A DNA stretch of 64,000 nt. Source: a virus (Duplodnaviria > Caudoviricetes). The stretch's first letter is position 1, and each line of letters begins with the position of its first letter. The stretch covers positions 32,001 to 96,000 of IMG/VR virus record IMGVR_UViG_3300024269_000024. The stretch is one strand, 5' to 3'. A program made the translations under genes and the position numbers. Positions 9,665-19,233 of the stretch are shown here, piece by piece. The notes below the pieces were generated by a model. The model was not told the origin of the DNA and ran no database searches. It worked only from the letters and a program-made list of their open reading frames with translations.

Positions 9665-10804
9665 ATGATAAATTTTAGACAGTACAGCAATGTAACTAAA
9701 ATTGTAATTCCAGATGGAGTTACTTTAACAAACAATAATTTTGCTTCAAAATTTATGTATTTAAGCAATCTTAAAGAAGTTAAATTGTCCAATAAGATTA
9801 CTCGTATTAGTGCGGCATTTACTTCATGTGGAAGTTTAGTCAGCCCTATTTGTGGTGACAATATAACTGAAATGCAATATGCGTACAATTCATGTTATAA
9901 TTTGATTGGTCCGCCTGTATGTGGAAAGAATGTTATCAATATGGCTTCTGCGTATAATAATTGTTGGAATTTAACTGGTTCGCCCGTATGTGGTGATAAT
10001 GTTACAAATATGTCCTCAACATATACTAATTGCAGAAATCTGACAGGCTCGCCTGTGTGTGGTAAGAATGTAACTAGCATGATAGCAACATACAATTATT
10101 GTCAAAAATTAACTGGTTCCCCTGTTTGCGGTGAAAAAATTACAAATATGTGGCGTACATATTATGGCTGTAGCAATCTAACAGGCTCTCCTGTTTGTGG
10201 AGATAATGTTGTAGATATGTATGAGACATATTGCAGTTGTGTTAATTTAACTGGCTCTCCAGTGTGCGGTAATAAAGTGACTAATATGGCAAATACATAT
10301 AGATCCTGTAGAAATTTAACTGGTTTTCCCGTATGCGGGCATAATGTTACTACATTGGATTACGCATATTCTAACTGTTCAAATCTAACTGGTTCGCCTG
10401 TTTGTGGGCCTAAGGTAACAGATATGATGTTTGCATATCAATCCTGTTATAACTTAACAGGTTCTCCTGTGTGTGGAGATAGTGTTGTAGATATGTATGG
10501 TACATATCAAAATTGTACAAATCTATATGGCAATTCTTATTTTTATTCTGTAAGTGTAAATCGCGCTACAGGTTGCTTTAAAGGTCGCAATACTGCAAAC
10601 ATTCTACGCATTTACACAGTAAAGAATTCTACCACAATGACAACACTACTAACCAACAACACTTCTTCCCTCGTCGGCGCAGCCATCACATGGACTGATG
10701 ACATCACAACAAACGGCTGCTATTACAACACCCAATACAACATTTACATCTACCCCGTAGATGATGTAGCCGCCGCACGTACAGCAAACGGCGATGACGA
10801 ATAA
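9665..10804 (+). CDS. Cys-rich 23-aa LRR-like repeat protein (10 'NLTGSPVCG' units)
   Basis: Tandem C-x-N-L-T-G-S-P-V-C-G-x-x-V-x-x-M-x-x-[AT]-Y-x-x repeats; the C-terminus is homologous to that of the 15262 gene. Confidence 0.8.
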   Translation: MINFRQYSNVTKIVIPDGVTLTNNNFASKFMYLSNLKEVKLSNKITRISAAFTSCGSLVSPICGDNITEMQYAYNSCYNLIGPPVCGKNVINMASAYNNCWNLTGSPVCGDNVTNMSSTYTNCRNLTGSPVCGKNVTSMIATYNYCQKLTGSPVCGEKITNMWRTYYGCSNLTGSPVCGDNVVDMYETYCSCVNLTGSPVCGNKVTNMANTYRSCRNLTGFPVCGHNVTTLDYAYSNCSNLTGSPVCGPKVTDMMFAYQSCYNLTGSPVCGDSVVDMYGTYQNCTNLYGNSYFYSVSVNRATGCFKGRNTANILRIYTVKNSTTMTTLLTNNTSSLVGAAITWTDDITTNGCYYNTQYNIYIYPVDDVAAARTANGDDE

Positions 10805-10840
10805 ATAATCAAAAAAAATATAAAAAGGAAGGTATTATAT

Positions 10841-11887
10841 ATGAAGAAATATAACCGTAAAATTGATGTAATTATACCCGCCTACAATGTGCCAGATCAT
10901 GTCCTATTTCGTTGTCTTTCTAGCATTTCTTGCCAAGACATCGTATCTGACCTTGAGGTAACCATTGTAGATGACGCTTCAACTAAACAGAACTACGCTG
11001 AAGTAATTAAAGCTTTTACTCCGGTAATGAAAATCAATCTGCTACGATACGAAATTAATGGTGGTCCAGGCGTGGCACGTCAATATGGTATTGATCACAC
11101 CAAGAACGGTTATATGACCTTCATTGATGCCGACGATACTCTAAATGGAGCCTTCGCACTCAAAGCACTGCGCAACGGCATTGAAATGGGAGACGGCATC
11201 TTCCATATGTGCGTTGGTGTTTTTGATGAAGTGCATGAGGAAGGGTTTAAGCCTGGTGAAGGCCCAATTCTAATGACACATGAGCAGGATATGGTTTGGA
11301 TGTTTGGTAAGCTTTATCGTAGAAGTTTTATCGACAGATATAAGATTCACTTCCATGAAAGCTCTAGAGCAAATGAAGATAATGGCTTCAATACCATGAT
11401 TCGTCTGTGTTCTAGCGATCAAGAACAGATCAACTTCATTCCTGCTCATGTGTATTATTGGCATGAGAATCCCAACAGCATTACTCGCGCAAATGACTGC
11501 CAGTATAGCTACGGCAGCTCTGAGCGTGATAGCTTCTATGGTTATGTTGAAAATATGATTTTTGCAATCAAGGAAGCTAAGACCAGAAAGCCATATAATG
11601 GTTTTATTACAATGTGGTCTGTAATGTGCATGTTAAATATTTATGAGTATTACATTGAATGTTATGCTCGCGCAAGAGAGCATGCGGATACTAATTTCAA
11701 GTGGTGTAAGCGTTATTATGACGAAGTTTATAGTTTAATTGAACATGATATTTCCGATGAAATTCTTGCAGAGCATTATAACGATGTAATGAAGAATGCT
11801 TATATGGGGGACAAGCTGAATGGCATTATTCCTTGTATGGGCATTTATGAATTTTTAGATAAACTAAAGGACGCAAGTGTTGATTGA
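10841..11887 (+). CDS. Family 2 (GT-A) glycosyltransferase
   Basis: VIIPAYN, IVDDAS, GPGVARQYG, FIDADD (DxD motif) and EDNGFN motifs. Confidence 0.9.
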   Translation: MKKYNRKIDVIIPAYNVPDHVLFRCLSSISCQDIVSDLEVTIVDDASTKQNYAEVIKAFTPVMKINLLRYEINGGPGVARQYGIDHTKNGYMTFIDADDTLNGAFALKALRNGIEMGDGIFHMCVGVFDEVHEEGFKPGEGPILMTHEQDMVWMFGKLYRRSFIDRYKIHFHESSRANEDNGFNTMIRLCSSDQEQINFIPAHVYYWHENPNSITRANDCQYSYGSSERDSFYGYVENMIFAIKEAKTRKPYNGFITMWSVMCMLNIYEYYIECYARAREHADTNFKWCKRYYDEVYSLIEHDISDEILAEHYNDVMKNAYMGDKLNGIIPCMGIYEFLDKLKDASVD

Positions 11888-11914
11888 TTATTACAGAAAG
11901 GAGGCAAGGTATGA

Positions 11915-14053
11915 GTGAGTGGTTCATATAAAATATACGCCTCTGAAAATTACGTCTCAGAACAAATAAATGTAGCTATCGAATCTTTAAAGGACGATGG
12001 TTACATTGTTGAACCAAAGTCAAATGATATACCAAAAGTTTTTATAGATGGTATAATCCCGACTACAAAGGACGATGCGCTTGCAGAGTTGACTTATATT
12101 TCCGCGACGCACCAATTCCATGCTTATTTATTAATTAAGTGTCAAGGAACTTCGTCTATGAAATATCCAAAGAAAAACTTTACCATAAAGCTATATAAAG
12201 ATGAGGCTCGTTCCGAAAAATTTAAAATAAATTTTAAGGGCTGGGGACGGCAGTATAAATTCTGTTTGAAAGCAAATTGGATAGATATATCTCACACAAG
12301 GAATATTGTGTCAGCTCAAATTGCCGGAGACATTGTTAAGACGCGTCCAAATTATTTAGAGCTTCCTGAGCTTTTGCGCACCAGTCCAAACCAGGGCATG
12401 ATAGATGGCTTTCCAATTAAAGTATACGCAAATGGTATATATCAAGGCCGGTATACTTGGAATATTCCAAAGGATGCTTGGATGACTAACATGGATGGTT
12501 CGCTTGATAACCATTGCATTCTTTGCGGTGAAAATTATGTAGGCGGATGTTTTCGCGCCCTACCTTTAATAGATGGAACTGACTGGTCTGACGAAGTTCA
12601 TGATAGTGCTCCAGCTTCCATAGTGTCTCGCTGGTCTGAAGTTGTAAATTTTGTAATGACAAGCAGCGATGAAGATTTTAAAGCAAATATAAGCAATTAT
12701 ATTGATTTGCAAAGTCTAATTGATTATCATATATTCGGCATATATGCTTGTGGTTCAGACTCGTATGGTAAAAATCAAATCTATTTAACTTACGATGGAA
12801 TTAAATGGTATGCCTCACTTTACGATCTTGATACTACTTGGGGTTTGTATTGGAATGGTGAAGCTGTAATGGGTTATGACTATGGACGAGAAAAATATGA
12901 AGATAGGATTCAAAATAGAGAAGGTAACCTTCTATTTGAGAGAATAGAGCAAAATTTTTATTTAGAGCTTCAAGCTAGATGGGCAGAATTAAAACAATCT
13001 GCTTTGTCTATGTCCAACGTCATTAATCGTTTTGAAAGATTTTCTGACTTATTCACTTCTGATTTGATTAAAGAAGATTATGCTTCTACTACTGCTGGCG
13101 GTGCTTATAGTGGAATTCCTTCCGTGGCCAAAAATAATATTCAACAGATTAGAAATTTTGCAGCCGCACGCAGAAGTTGGACTGATGAGTATTTTAATAG
13201 CTTAACTCCAGTAGTAAGAATTCCTTGTACTGGTATTACATTATCTGCGACTGAATTAATTTTCTTAGAAGCAAGCTCTCAAACCATTACTGCTTCTGTA
13301 ACTCCAGTAGATACCACAGATAAAATTATTTGGTCTTCTGATAATACTGAAGTAGTAATAGTAGAGAATGGAGTTGTAACCGCTATTGACAATGGTACAG
13401 CTACTATAACCGCTACTTGCGGCGACTATTCTGCTACTTGTTCAATTTCTGTTTCTGGTATTGAAGAACCAGTAATTCCAGATGAACCAGAAGTTGATGA
13501 AAGAATTCTCTATCAACTACCTGAACCTACTACCTTTACTGGCTCTAATTATATTGACACTGGTGTAGCACCTCTTGCCGAAGATAAACCATTTACTCTT
13601 ATACTTGACTGGACGCACACTGGTGAAAGTGAATTCGTTGGAAGCAGATATGTTATTGCTCATGCTATGACAGAAACTTCTCCATATCCAGGTATTATTC
13701 TACAATACAATAGTAATGGTATTGTTTCTGAATATAGACAGGGCACAAATACTATTTCTTCTAACTCTACCAGCGGTCTCATTGACAATGCTGACCTACA
13801 TCGCGTAAAGGTTGTATATCGCAAGGACGAAAGTGGTAAAGTTACTGTCGCGAGATGTTACAATGAAAATGGACAAATCCATAAGAATGAAAAAACTATG
13901 GATTATTACGCAGTACATGAAGAGCTACGACTTGGATGTTATCGCTCCAACGTTGGAGGAACAGGACGTTTTGCTAAGGGTCTCTTAAATGATTGTAAGA
14001 TTTATAACTACGCATTAAGCGATGAACAGATGGAAGAATTACTTACAATGTGA
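11915..14053 (+). CDS. CotH-family kinase domain fused to Ig-like (Big_2) and LamG/ConA-like domains
   Basis: QGTSS..PKKNF, LKANWIDISHTRN, YQGRY, D...KN and YDLDTTWG match CotH motifs. 'TASVTP.DTTDKI.WSS' is Big_2-like; 'L.DCKIYNYALS' is a LamG-like ending. Confidence 0.8.
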   Translation: MSGSYKIYASENYVSEQINVAIESLKDDGYIVEPKSNDIPKVFIDGIIPTTKDDALAELTYISATHQFHAYLLIKCQGTSSMKYPKKNFTIKLYKDEARSEKFKINFKGWGRQYKFCLKANWIDISHTRNIVSAQIAGDIVKTRPNYLELPELLRTSPNQGMIDGFPIKVYANGIYQGRYTWNIPKDAWMTNMDGSLDNHCILCGENYVGGCFRALPLIDGTDWSDEVHDSAPASIVSRWSEVVNFVMTSSDEDFKANISNYIDLQSLIDYHIFGIYACGSDSYGKNQIYLTYDGIKWYASLYDLDTTWGLYWNGEAVMGYDYGREKYEDRIQNREGNLLFERIEQNFYLELQARWAELKQSALSMSNVINRFERFSDLFTSDLIKEDYASTTAGGAYSGIPSVAKNNIQQIRNFAAARRSWTDEYFNSLTPVVRIPCTGITLSATELIFLEASSQTITASVTPVDTTDKIIWSSDNTEVVIVENGVVTAIDNGTATITATCGDYSATCSISVSGIEEPVIPDEPEVDERILYQLPEPTTFTGSNYIDTGVAPLAEDKPFTLILDWTHTGESEFVGSRYVIAHAMTETSPYPGIILQYNSNGIVSEYRQGTNTISSNSTSGLIDNADLHRVKVVYRKDESGKVTVARCYNENGQIHKNEKTMDYYAVHEELRLGCYRSNVGGTGRFAKGLLNDCKIYNYALSDEQMEELLTM

Positions 14054-14064
14054 GGTGAATAATT

Positions 14065-15249
14065 ATGAATGATTCATATAAAGTATATGCTTCTCAAGAA
14101 TATGTAGATAATAAAGTACCAGAGGCGCAAGGTGCGCATAAGCAGCTTGTAACCGATGCAGATGGCAATGTGAAGTGGGAAGATAGAGCTGGTGGGTATA
14201 GCGTCGGTCCAATCGAAAGTGTTTTAATGGAGGAACAAACGATATCGTTTACGTATGACACAGATGCGACAATGTCCGCCCCATCGAACTGGCCAGAGAC
14301 TCGATTGGAAATAGTAGCTGGAAACACATATCATGTTTATATCGACGGCGCAACATATACATGTAATGCTACAGCATTTTATTCATATGTATTAATCGGT
14401 AATGCGGCTGTGTTAGGAATGGACGACACGGGCGAGCCTTTTTTATGGATGGATAATGGGGCGCAGCAGATGTTGTATATGTTCTCTGACACTTCCGATG
14501 CTGAACATATAATAAGAATTTCAGAGATTAAAATCGTTGATATTACAATTCCGGGCAAGTATCTTCCGATCGCTTCTGATGATTCATACGGCTCTGTGAA
14601 GCTCACAGACATTGTTACCACGTATGTGTTTTCCTCTGATTACCCTAACGCTTCCCAGATGCAAGAAGCTGTATCTAAACTCAATGAGGGCAGAGCGACA
14701 ATCGTGTGGCAAGGTGAACGATACGTAGATGGGTTCTTGGATGATGATCTAAACATCTATTTAAAGCGGCTCGACGAAGTGACGTGTTATCGCAAATACC
14801 CCCTTCGATTAGAAGAAGGAACCCAAGAATATTATAGCCTTAACATGTTCGAGCGCGCCGAGGAAACGAGCGACATCTTTCTGAAGACAAAAGGAACACC
14901 CGGAATTTCGGCACGTTTTTGCATAGGCAGTGATAACATCCCTATTATCGTTAGGTCCGACGACAACCAAACTATATGGACCCCATCGACCAAGGTTTCA
15001 GAACTGGAAAACGATGCTGGATATATTACAAGTTATACTGAAACCGATCCTACCGTGCCAGCTTGGGCGAAGGAGCCAAATAAACCTACATATGCTGCCA
15101 GCGAAATTGGTGCAGGCACTTTGGCTGGCGAAGTAGTTGCAAGCACATCTTCTCAAGCGCCAGATACCGCTTTGCTTAGAAACAGTAAATTAGTTTCAAC
15201 AGACACTAATCCAACCGTTAATGGCGAAATTTATTGGACCTACGGTTAA
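14065..15249 (+). CDS. Fibre/adhesin subunit
   Basis: N-terminus SYKVYASQEYV resembles the preceding gene; contains a cassette domain, 'TKVSELENDAGY' and 'ETDPTVPAWAK..KPTY' fibre motifs; ends NGEIYWTYG. Confidence 0.7.
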   Translation: MNDSYKVYASQEYVDNKVPEAQGAHKQLVTDADGNVKWEDRAGGYSVGPIESVLMEEQTISFTYDTDATMSAPSNWPETRLEIVAGNTYHVYIDGATYTCNATAFYSYVLIGNAAVLGMDDTGEPFLWMDNGAQQMLYMFSDTSDAEHIIRISEIKIVDITIPGKYLPIASDDSYGSVKLTDIVTTYVFSSDYPNASQMQEAVSKLNEGRATIVWQGERYVDGFLDDDLNIYLKRLDEVTCYRKYPLRLEEGTQEYYSLNMFERAEETSDIFLKTKGTPGISARFCIGSDNIPIIVRSDDNQTIWTPSTKVSELENDAGYITSYTETDPTVPAWAKEPNKPTYAASEIGAGTLAGEVVASTSSQAPDTALLRNSKLVSTDTNPTVNGEIYWTYG

Positions 15250-15261
15250 GGAGGTTGTTTT

Positions 15262-17679
15262 ATGGCTCATAAAGTTTTAGTGGGCGGAACAGCCTATAAT
15301 GTAACTGGCGGTAAAAGCATGGTTAGCGGCACAGTGTATGGTATTAAAAAAGGTAGAACTTTAGTTGGTGGAACTGGATATGATATTAAGTTTCTAGAAG
15401 ATGCTTATGCTATGTTGTATAGTAGTGGTAACTTTGTATTCCAAAGAGGCGACGATGTTGCTGAGGGAGAGACGTTAGTTAAGAGTTATACTGGGTTTGA
15501 GGACAAAAAACCAGATACTGTGGTTGAAACACTATGGTATGGATATAGAAATAATATTATAAATGTTTCTTTTAAAGATGAAATAACTCCAATTTCACTA
15601 TTTGCTTGGTTTTACACTTCACGAAATATTAAAATTATGGACCCTACTAATTTAAATTTAAGTCGCGCAACAAGTATGAGCAGAGCTTTTGAAGATTGTT
15701 ATAATTTAATTAGATATCCTATATGTGGCGAAAATATTACTACTATGTATAGAGCATATAGCGATTGTTATAATTTAACAGGTTCTCCAGTATGCGGCAA
15801 TAATGTCATTAATATGGCTAATACATATTATTACTGCAATAATTTAACTGGCTCTCCTATATGCGGTGAAAGAGTAATTGATATGAATTATTCATATTAT
15901 AATTGCTCAAACTTAACTGGCTCACCTGTTTGTGGCGATAATGTTGTTAGTATGGCACGTACATATACCAATTGTATAAACTTAACTGGCTCGCCTGTTT
16001 GTGGCAAAGAAGTTGTTGATATGACTGCCACTTATAGCAATTGCTATAACTTAACAGGTCAACCAGTTTGTGGCGAAAAAGTTACCACTATGAGTTATGC
16101 TTACCATAGTTGCACTAATCTTACAGGACATGTTGTTGTAGGTGAAAATGTTACAAATATTTCCCACACATATTATTCATGTAGAAATCTTACAGGGTCT
16201 CCAGTATGTGGAGATAAGATTACAAATATGTATATGGCATATATGCAATGTTATAATTTAACTGGCTCTCCTGTGTGTGGAAATAATGTTATTGATATGT
16301 TTCGTGCTTATGAATCCTGTTCAAATCTAACGGGTTCGCCAGTTTGCGGGCCAAATGTGACTAATATGTGTAGCGCGTATTCGAGCTGCAAAGGTTTAAC
16401 AGGGGTTCCAGCATGTGGCGATAAAGTTATAAATATGGCAAGTGCATTTTCAGGATGTACTGGTTTAACTGGAAACCCAATATGTGGAAGTAATGTAACG
16501 GACATGGGTAGTGCTTACGCGGGCTGTACGGGTTTAACTGGCGTTCCAGTTTGCGGCGATAATGTAACAAGCATGGAGAGTACTTATAGAGGATGTATTA
16601 ATTTAACTGGTTCACCTGTTTGCGGAGAAAATGTTATTCATATGCCTAGTACCTATGAAAACTGCTTTAATATAACTGGTTCTCCTGTATGTGGTAGTAA
16701 TGTAACTTCTATGCAACGCACTTATGCAAATTGTTATAACTTAACAGGTTCTCCAGTCTGTGGGGAGAATGTTACAAGTATGGCGGGCGCATATTATAGA
16801 TCTGGCGTAACTGGTTCCCCTGTATGTGGAGACAAGGTTACAACAATGCGTGAAACTTATGCTTCTAGTAAAATAACAGGCTCTCCAGTCTGTGGACCAA
16901 ATGTAATAGATATGTATTATACTTATGTAGATTGCAGCATAACTGGTTCTCCAGTTTGTGGAAATAATGTTACGAACATGAGCTGGGCATATTATGGCTG
17001 TAAAAAGCTTAATGGTCTTCCTGTTTGTGGAAAGAATGTTATTAATATGATTAGAACATATTATGGTTGTACCAATTTAATTGGTTCACCAGCATGTGGA
17101 AATAGTGTTGTAGATATGTTTGCCGCTTATGAAGCATGCAAAAATTTAACTGGTTCACCTATTTGTGGGGAAAATGTTGTTAGAATATCCAGTACATATC
17201 AAAATTGCACCAATCTTGCCACAAATGGATATTTCTATTCAGCAATTATTTCTGATGCCTCAAATTGCTTTAATGGCAGAAATAGACAAACATATTTAAA
17301 CCTTTATGTTCCAGTTAATTCTGTTACTTTAAATACTGTTTTGATTAATAACTCCAATTCTCTCATAGGCAGAACAATAACTTGGACAAATGATATTGCC
17401 ACAAATGGCTGTTATTACAACACTGCATATAATATTTATATTTATCCAGTGGAAAGCGTAGAAGCCACACGGTTTGAAAACGAATTTGATGAAACATTAA
17501 ATTTATCAGATGAAAATGATGATAGATATTTTGATGTTATTGAAGAATCCATCAAAGCTAAAACAGAATGGGTATGCGCGGCGACTTCATTGAGTATTGA
17601 TAACGGATATGCATTCGCTATAAGTGTAAATCTACATGATCTAGAAAATGTAACAATTGAAAATATGGAGGTGAAATAA
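15262..17679 (+). CDS. Cys-rich 23-aa LRR-like repeat protein (about 22 units)
   Basis: AAGGAGG RBS; N-terminal 'KVLVGG..Y.V..GK..V.G..Y.IKKG' segment, then 'YAMLYSSG.FVFQRG' cap, then the repeats. Confidence 0.8.
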   Translation: MAHKVLVGGTAYNVTGGKSMVSGTVYGIKKGRTLVGGTGYDIKFLEDAYAMLYSSGNFVFQRGDDVAEGETLVKSYTGFEDKKPDTVVETLWYGYRNNIINVSFKDEITPISLFAWFYTSRNIKIMDPTNLNLSRATSMSRAFEDCYNLIRYPICGENITTMYRAYSDCYNLTGSPVCGNNVINMANTYYYCNNLTGSPICGERVIDMNYSYYNCSNLTGSPVCGDNVVSMARTYTNCINLTGSPVCGKEVVDMTATYSNCYNLTGQPVCGEKVTTMSYAYHSCTNLTGHVVVGENVTNISHTYYSCRNLTGSPVCGDKITNMYMAYMQCYNLTGSPVCGNNVIDMFRAYESCSNLTGSPVCGPNVTNMCSAYSSCKGLTGVPACGDKVINMASAFSGCTGLTGNPICGSNVTDMGSAYAGCTGLTGVPVCGDNVTSMESTYRGCINLTGSPVCGENVIHMPSTYENCFNITGSPVCGSNVTSMQRTYANCYNLTGSPVCGENVTSMAGAYYRSGVTGSPVCGDKVTTMRETYASSKITGSPVCGPNVIDMYYTYVDCSITGSPVCGNNVTNMSWAYYGCKKLNGLPVCGKNVINMIRTYYGCTNLIGSPACGNSVVDMFAAYEACKNLTGSPICGENVVRISSTYQNCTNLATNGYFYSAIISDASNCFNGRNRQTYLNLYVPVNSVTLNTVLINNSNSLIGRTITWTNDIATNGCYYNTAYNIYIYPVESVEATRFENEFDETLNLSDENDDRYFDVIEESIKAKTEWVCAATSLSIDNGYAFAISVNLHDLENVTIENMEVK
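15690..17215 (+). repeat. About 69-bp coding tandem repeat array (about 22 units)
   Basis: Recurrent AA(C/T)TTAAC(T/A)GG(T/C)TC.CC.GT.TG(T/C)GG core with variable spacer codons; the same unit occurs at about 9830-10520. Confidence 0.85.
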
Positions 17680-17681
17680 GA

Positions 17682-18764
17682 ATGAATTATAATTCTATAG
17701 ATGAAATTTTATCTGCTGGTATTACAAACATGGAAGTAATTAGGGACAATACCAAACAAGATGATGGCACAGATACCATTACTGGCGTATCATGGTTTAC
17801 TTTTAATGGAACTGTTGCGTCCACTATTTACGTAAGTGGCAACTCTTGGATTGGGTTTGGCTCAAGTTCAGAACATTTAAAAGTAAATAGAAGAAATGGA
17901 GCAATGTGGTCATTTTATAGAGAAGAAGGAACATTATATGATTATTATAAATTTCTAAAGATAAGATGGAAAGGATACAGCCGAAATAGTCAAACTTCAT
18001 TTTCGTATGCTATAGAATATGACGTAATTCTTTGGGATACTGGCGATATATCTCTCCATATGATTTCCATTCCTACTTCATATAATACTGGAACATATTC
18101 GTTAGTTGCCTCTTCTACTTATACTTATAATGTTTCTACTACATCTCCATATGTTACATTTACAAAAACGGACGCGGGATTTGATGTAAAAAATGAAATT
18201 ATTAACTTAGAGTTTCCATACGAAAAAATATATTTAATTCGTTCTGGTTCTACTTACTATACTGTTGTGAATGACGTTCTTAGTGAAGTTATTGGTGCAG
18301 ATATTTCTTCTACAACATTTTTAAATTATGGTATTAAAATGATTCCAGAATTATCTTTGTTAGCTGGTTTGTCCAATCCTGAAATACTTTATTGGACTGA
18401 CAGTGAAAAGTGTCTTATAAACAATTTAAGAATTCAAGGTTCACCTTCTCCTCAATTAATACACTACAATCCACAAACTATACCAGAAGGTTCAGGAATC
18501 AAAGGAATTGAAGCAAAACGTGCACATGATGATGTTTTATTCACCATCACTTTCAATGGTGGCACAACATGGCATTATTATGATACTGTAACCATGACAT
18601 GGATTACGGCAGAGTCAAATTTAGTTGGTATGAGTCCATCTGTTCTAAAAGCTTTGATACCAAGTATATGGGCAGAAATTACAACGTCTTCTACGTTTCA
18701 AATTCGTTGCTTGTTGCCATCAACAGAAAGTTATGTTGATAAAATATATGTTGGATATGTTTAA
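17682..18764 (+). CDS. Putative adhesin with a nidogen-like N-terminal domain
   Basis: 'WFTFNGT...IYVSGNSWIGFG' resembles the NIDO-type motif; GGAGG RBS. Confidence 0.55.
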   Translation: MNYNSIDEILSAGITNMEVIRDNTKQDDGTDTITGVSWFTFNGTVASTIYVSGNSWIGFGSSSEHLKVNRRNGAMWSFYREEGTLYDYYKFLKIRWKGYSRNSQTSFSYAIEYDVILWDTGDISLHMISIPTSYNTGTYSLVASSTYTYNVSTTSPYVTFTKTDAGFDVKNEIINLEFPYEKIYLIRSGSTYYTVVNDVLSEVIGADISSTTFLNYGIKMIPELSLLAGLSNPEILYWTDSEKCLINNLRIQGSPSPQLIHYNPQTIPEGSGIKGIEAKRAHDDVLFTITFNGGTTWHYYDTVTMTWITAESNLVGMSPSVLKALIPSIWAEITTSSTFQIRCLLPSTESYVDKIYVGYV

Positions 18765-18784
18765 ATAAAAAGAATACAAAATAA

Positions 18785-18824
18785 AAAATGCTTGCGTGAG
18801 GATATACACTTGCGTAAGCATTTT
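18785..18824. terminator. Long hairpin, possibly a bidirectional terminator
   Basis: AAAATGCTTGCGTGAG / CTTGCGTAAGCATTTT inverted repeat with G-U pairs. Confidence 0.55.
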
Positions 18825-18862
18825 GGATAAACCAAAACTTCTTAATAGGAGGTTGATTAATA

Positions 18863-19231
18863 ATGGCGACTTATATTGAGATTAACGAAGTAAGATATCC
18901 TGCCAGTATTACTGGCAGACTAGTTGATAGAGACTGGGATGACAGAGAATCCAAGGCTATCAAGTTAGAGATGTCTTACGCTGATGCTATTGCGCTTTTC
19001 GTTGATGATATTTCTTGGAGTATTGTTCAGGACATTGAAGAAGTTACTGTAGAATATGACGAAGAGGCAGGCGAAATGGTGTCTAAAACTACAACTAAGT
19101 ATGAATATTTTGATAACAGCGAATATAGCATTGCTGGCGATGTTGTAGATCACAGAGATGGTACTGTTACTGTAAAAATGGGCAAGTCTACTGCGGCAGA
19201 ATTGCTTGCTATGCTTGAGGAGGTGCTGTAA
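18863..19231 (+). CDS. Hypothetical phage protein
   Basis: AGGAGG RBS; 122 aa; 'AGDVVDHRDGTVTVKMGK' motif seen in fibre-module accessory genes. Confidence 0.6.
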   Translation: MATYIEINEVRYPASITGRLVDRDWDDRESKAIKLEMSYADAIALFVDDISWSIVQDIEEVTVEYDEEAGEMVSKTTTKYEYFDNSEYSIAGDVVDHRDGTVTVKMGKSTAAELLAMLEEVL

Positions 19232-19233
19232 TT

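Noticed and set aside
10600-10804. AAC-rich segment as a DGR template repeat for 17330-17460
   Set aside because: Differences between the two copies are mainly synonymous C/T changes rather than adenine-specific, both copies are coding, and there is no RT in the window.
1535-15249. Invertase-driven shufflon of fibre cassettes using the serine recombinase
   Set aside because: All cassettes are co-oriented inside complete genes, I saw no inverted crossover sites, and the recombinase is an integrase-type enzyme about 47 kb away.
9830-17215. Regular 69-bp repeats with variable spacers as a CRISPR array
   Set aside because: They are in-frame coding repeats that vary at synonymous positions, and no cas genes are present.
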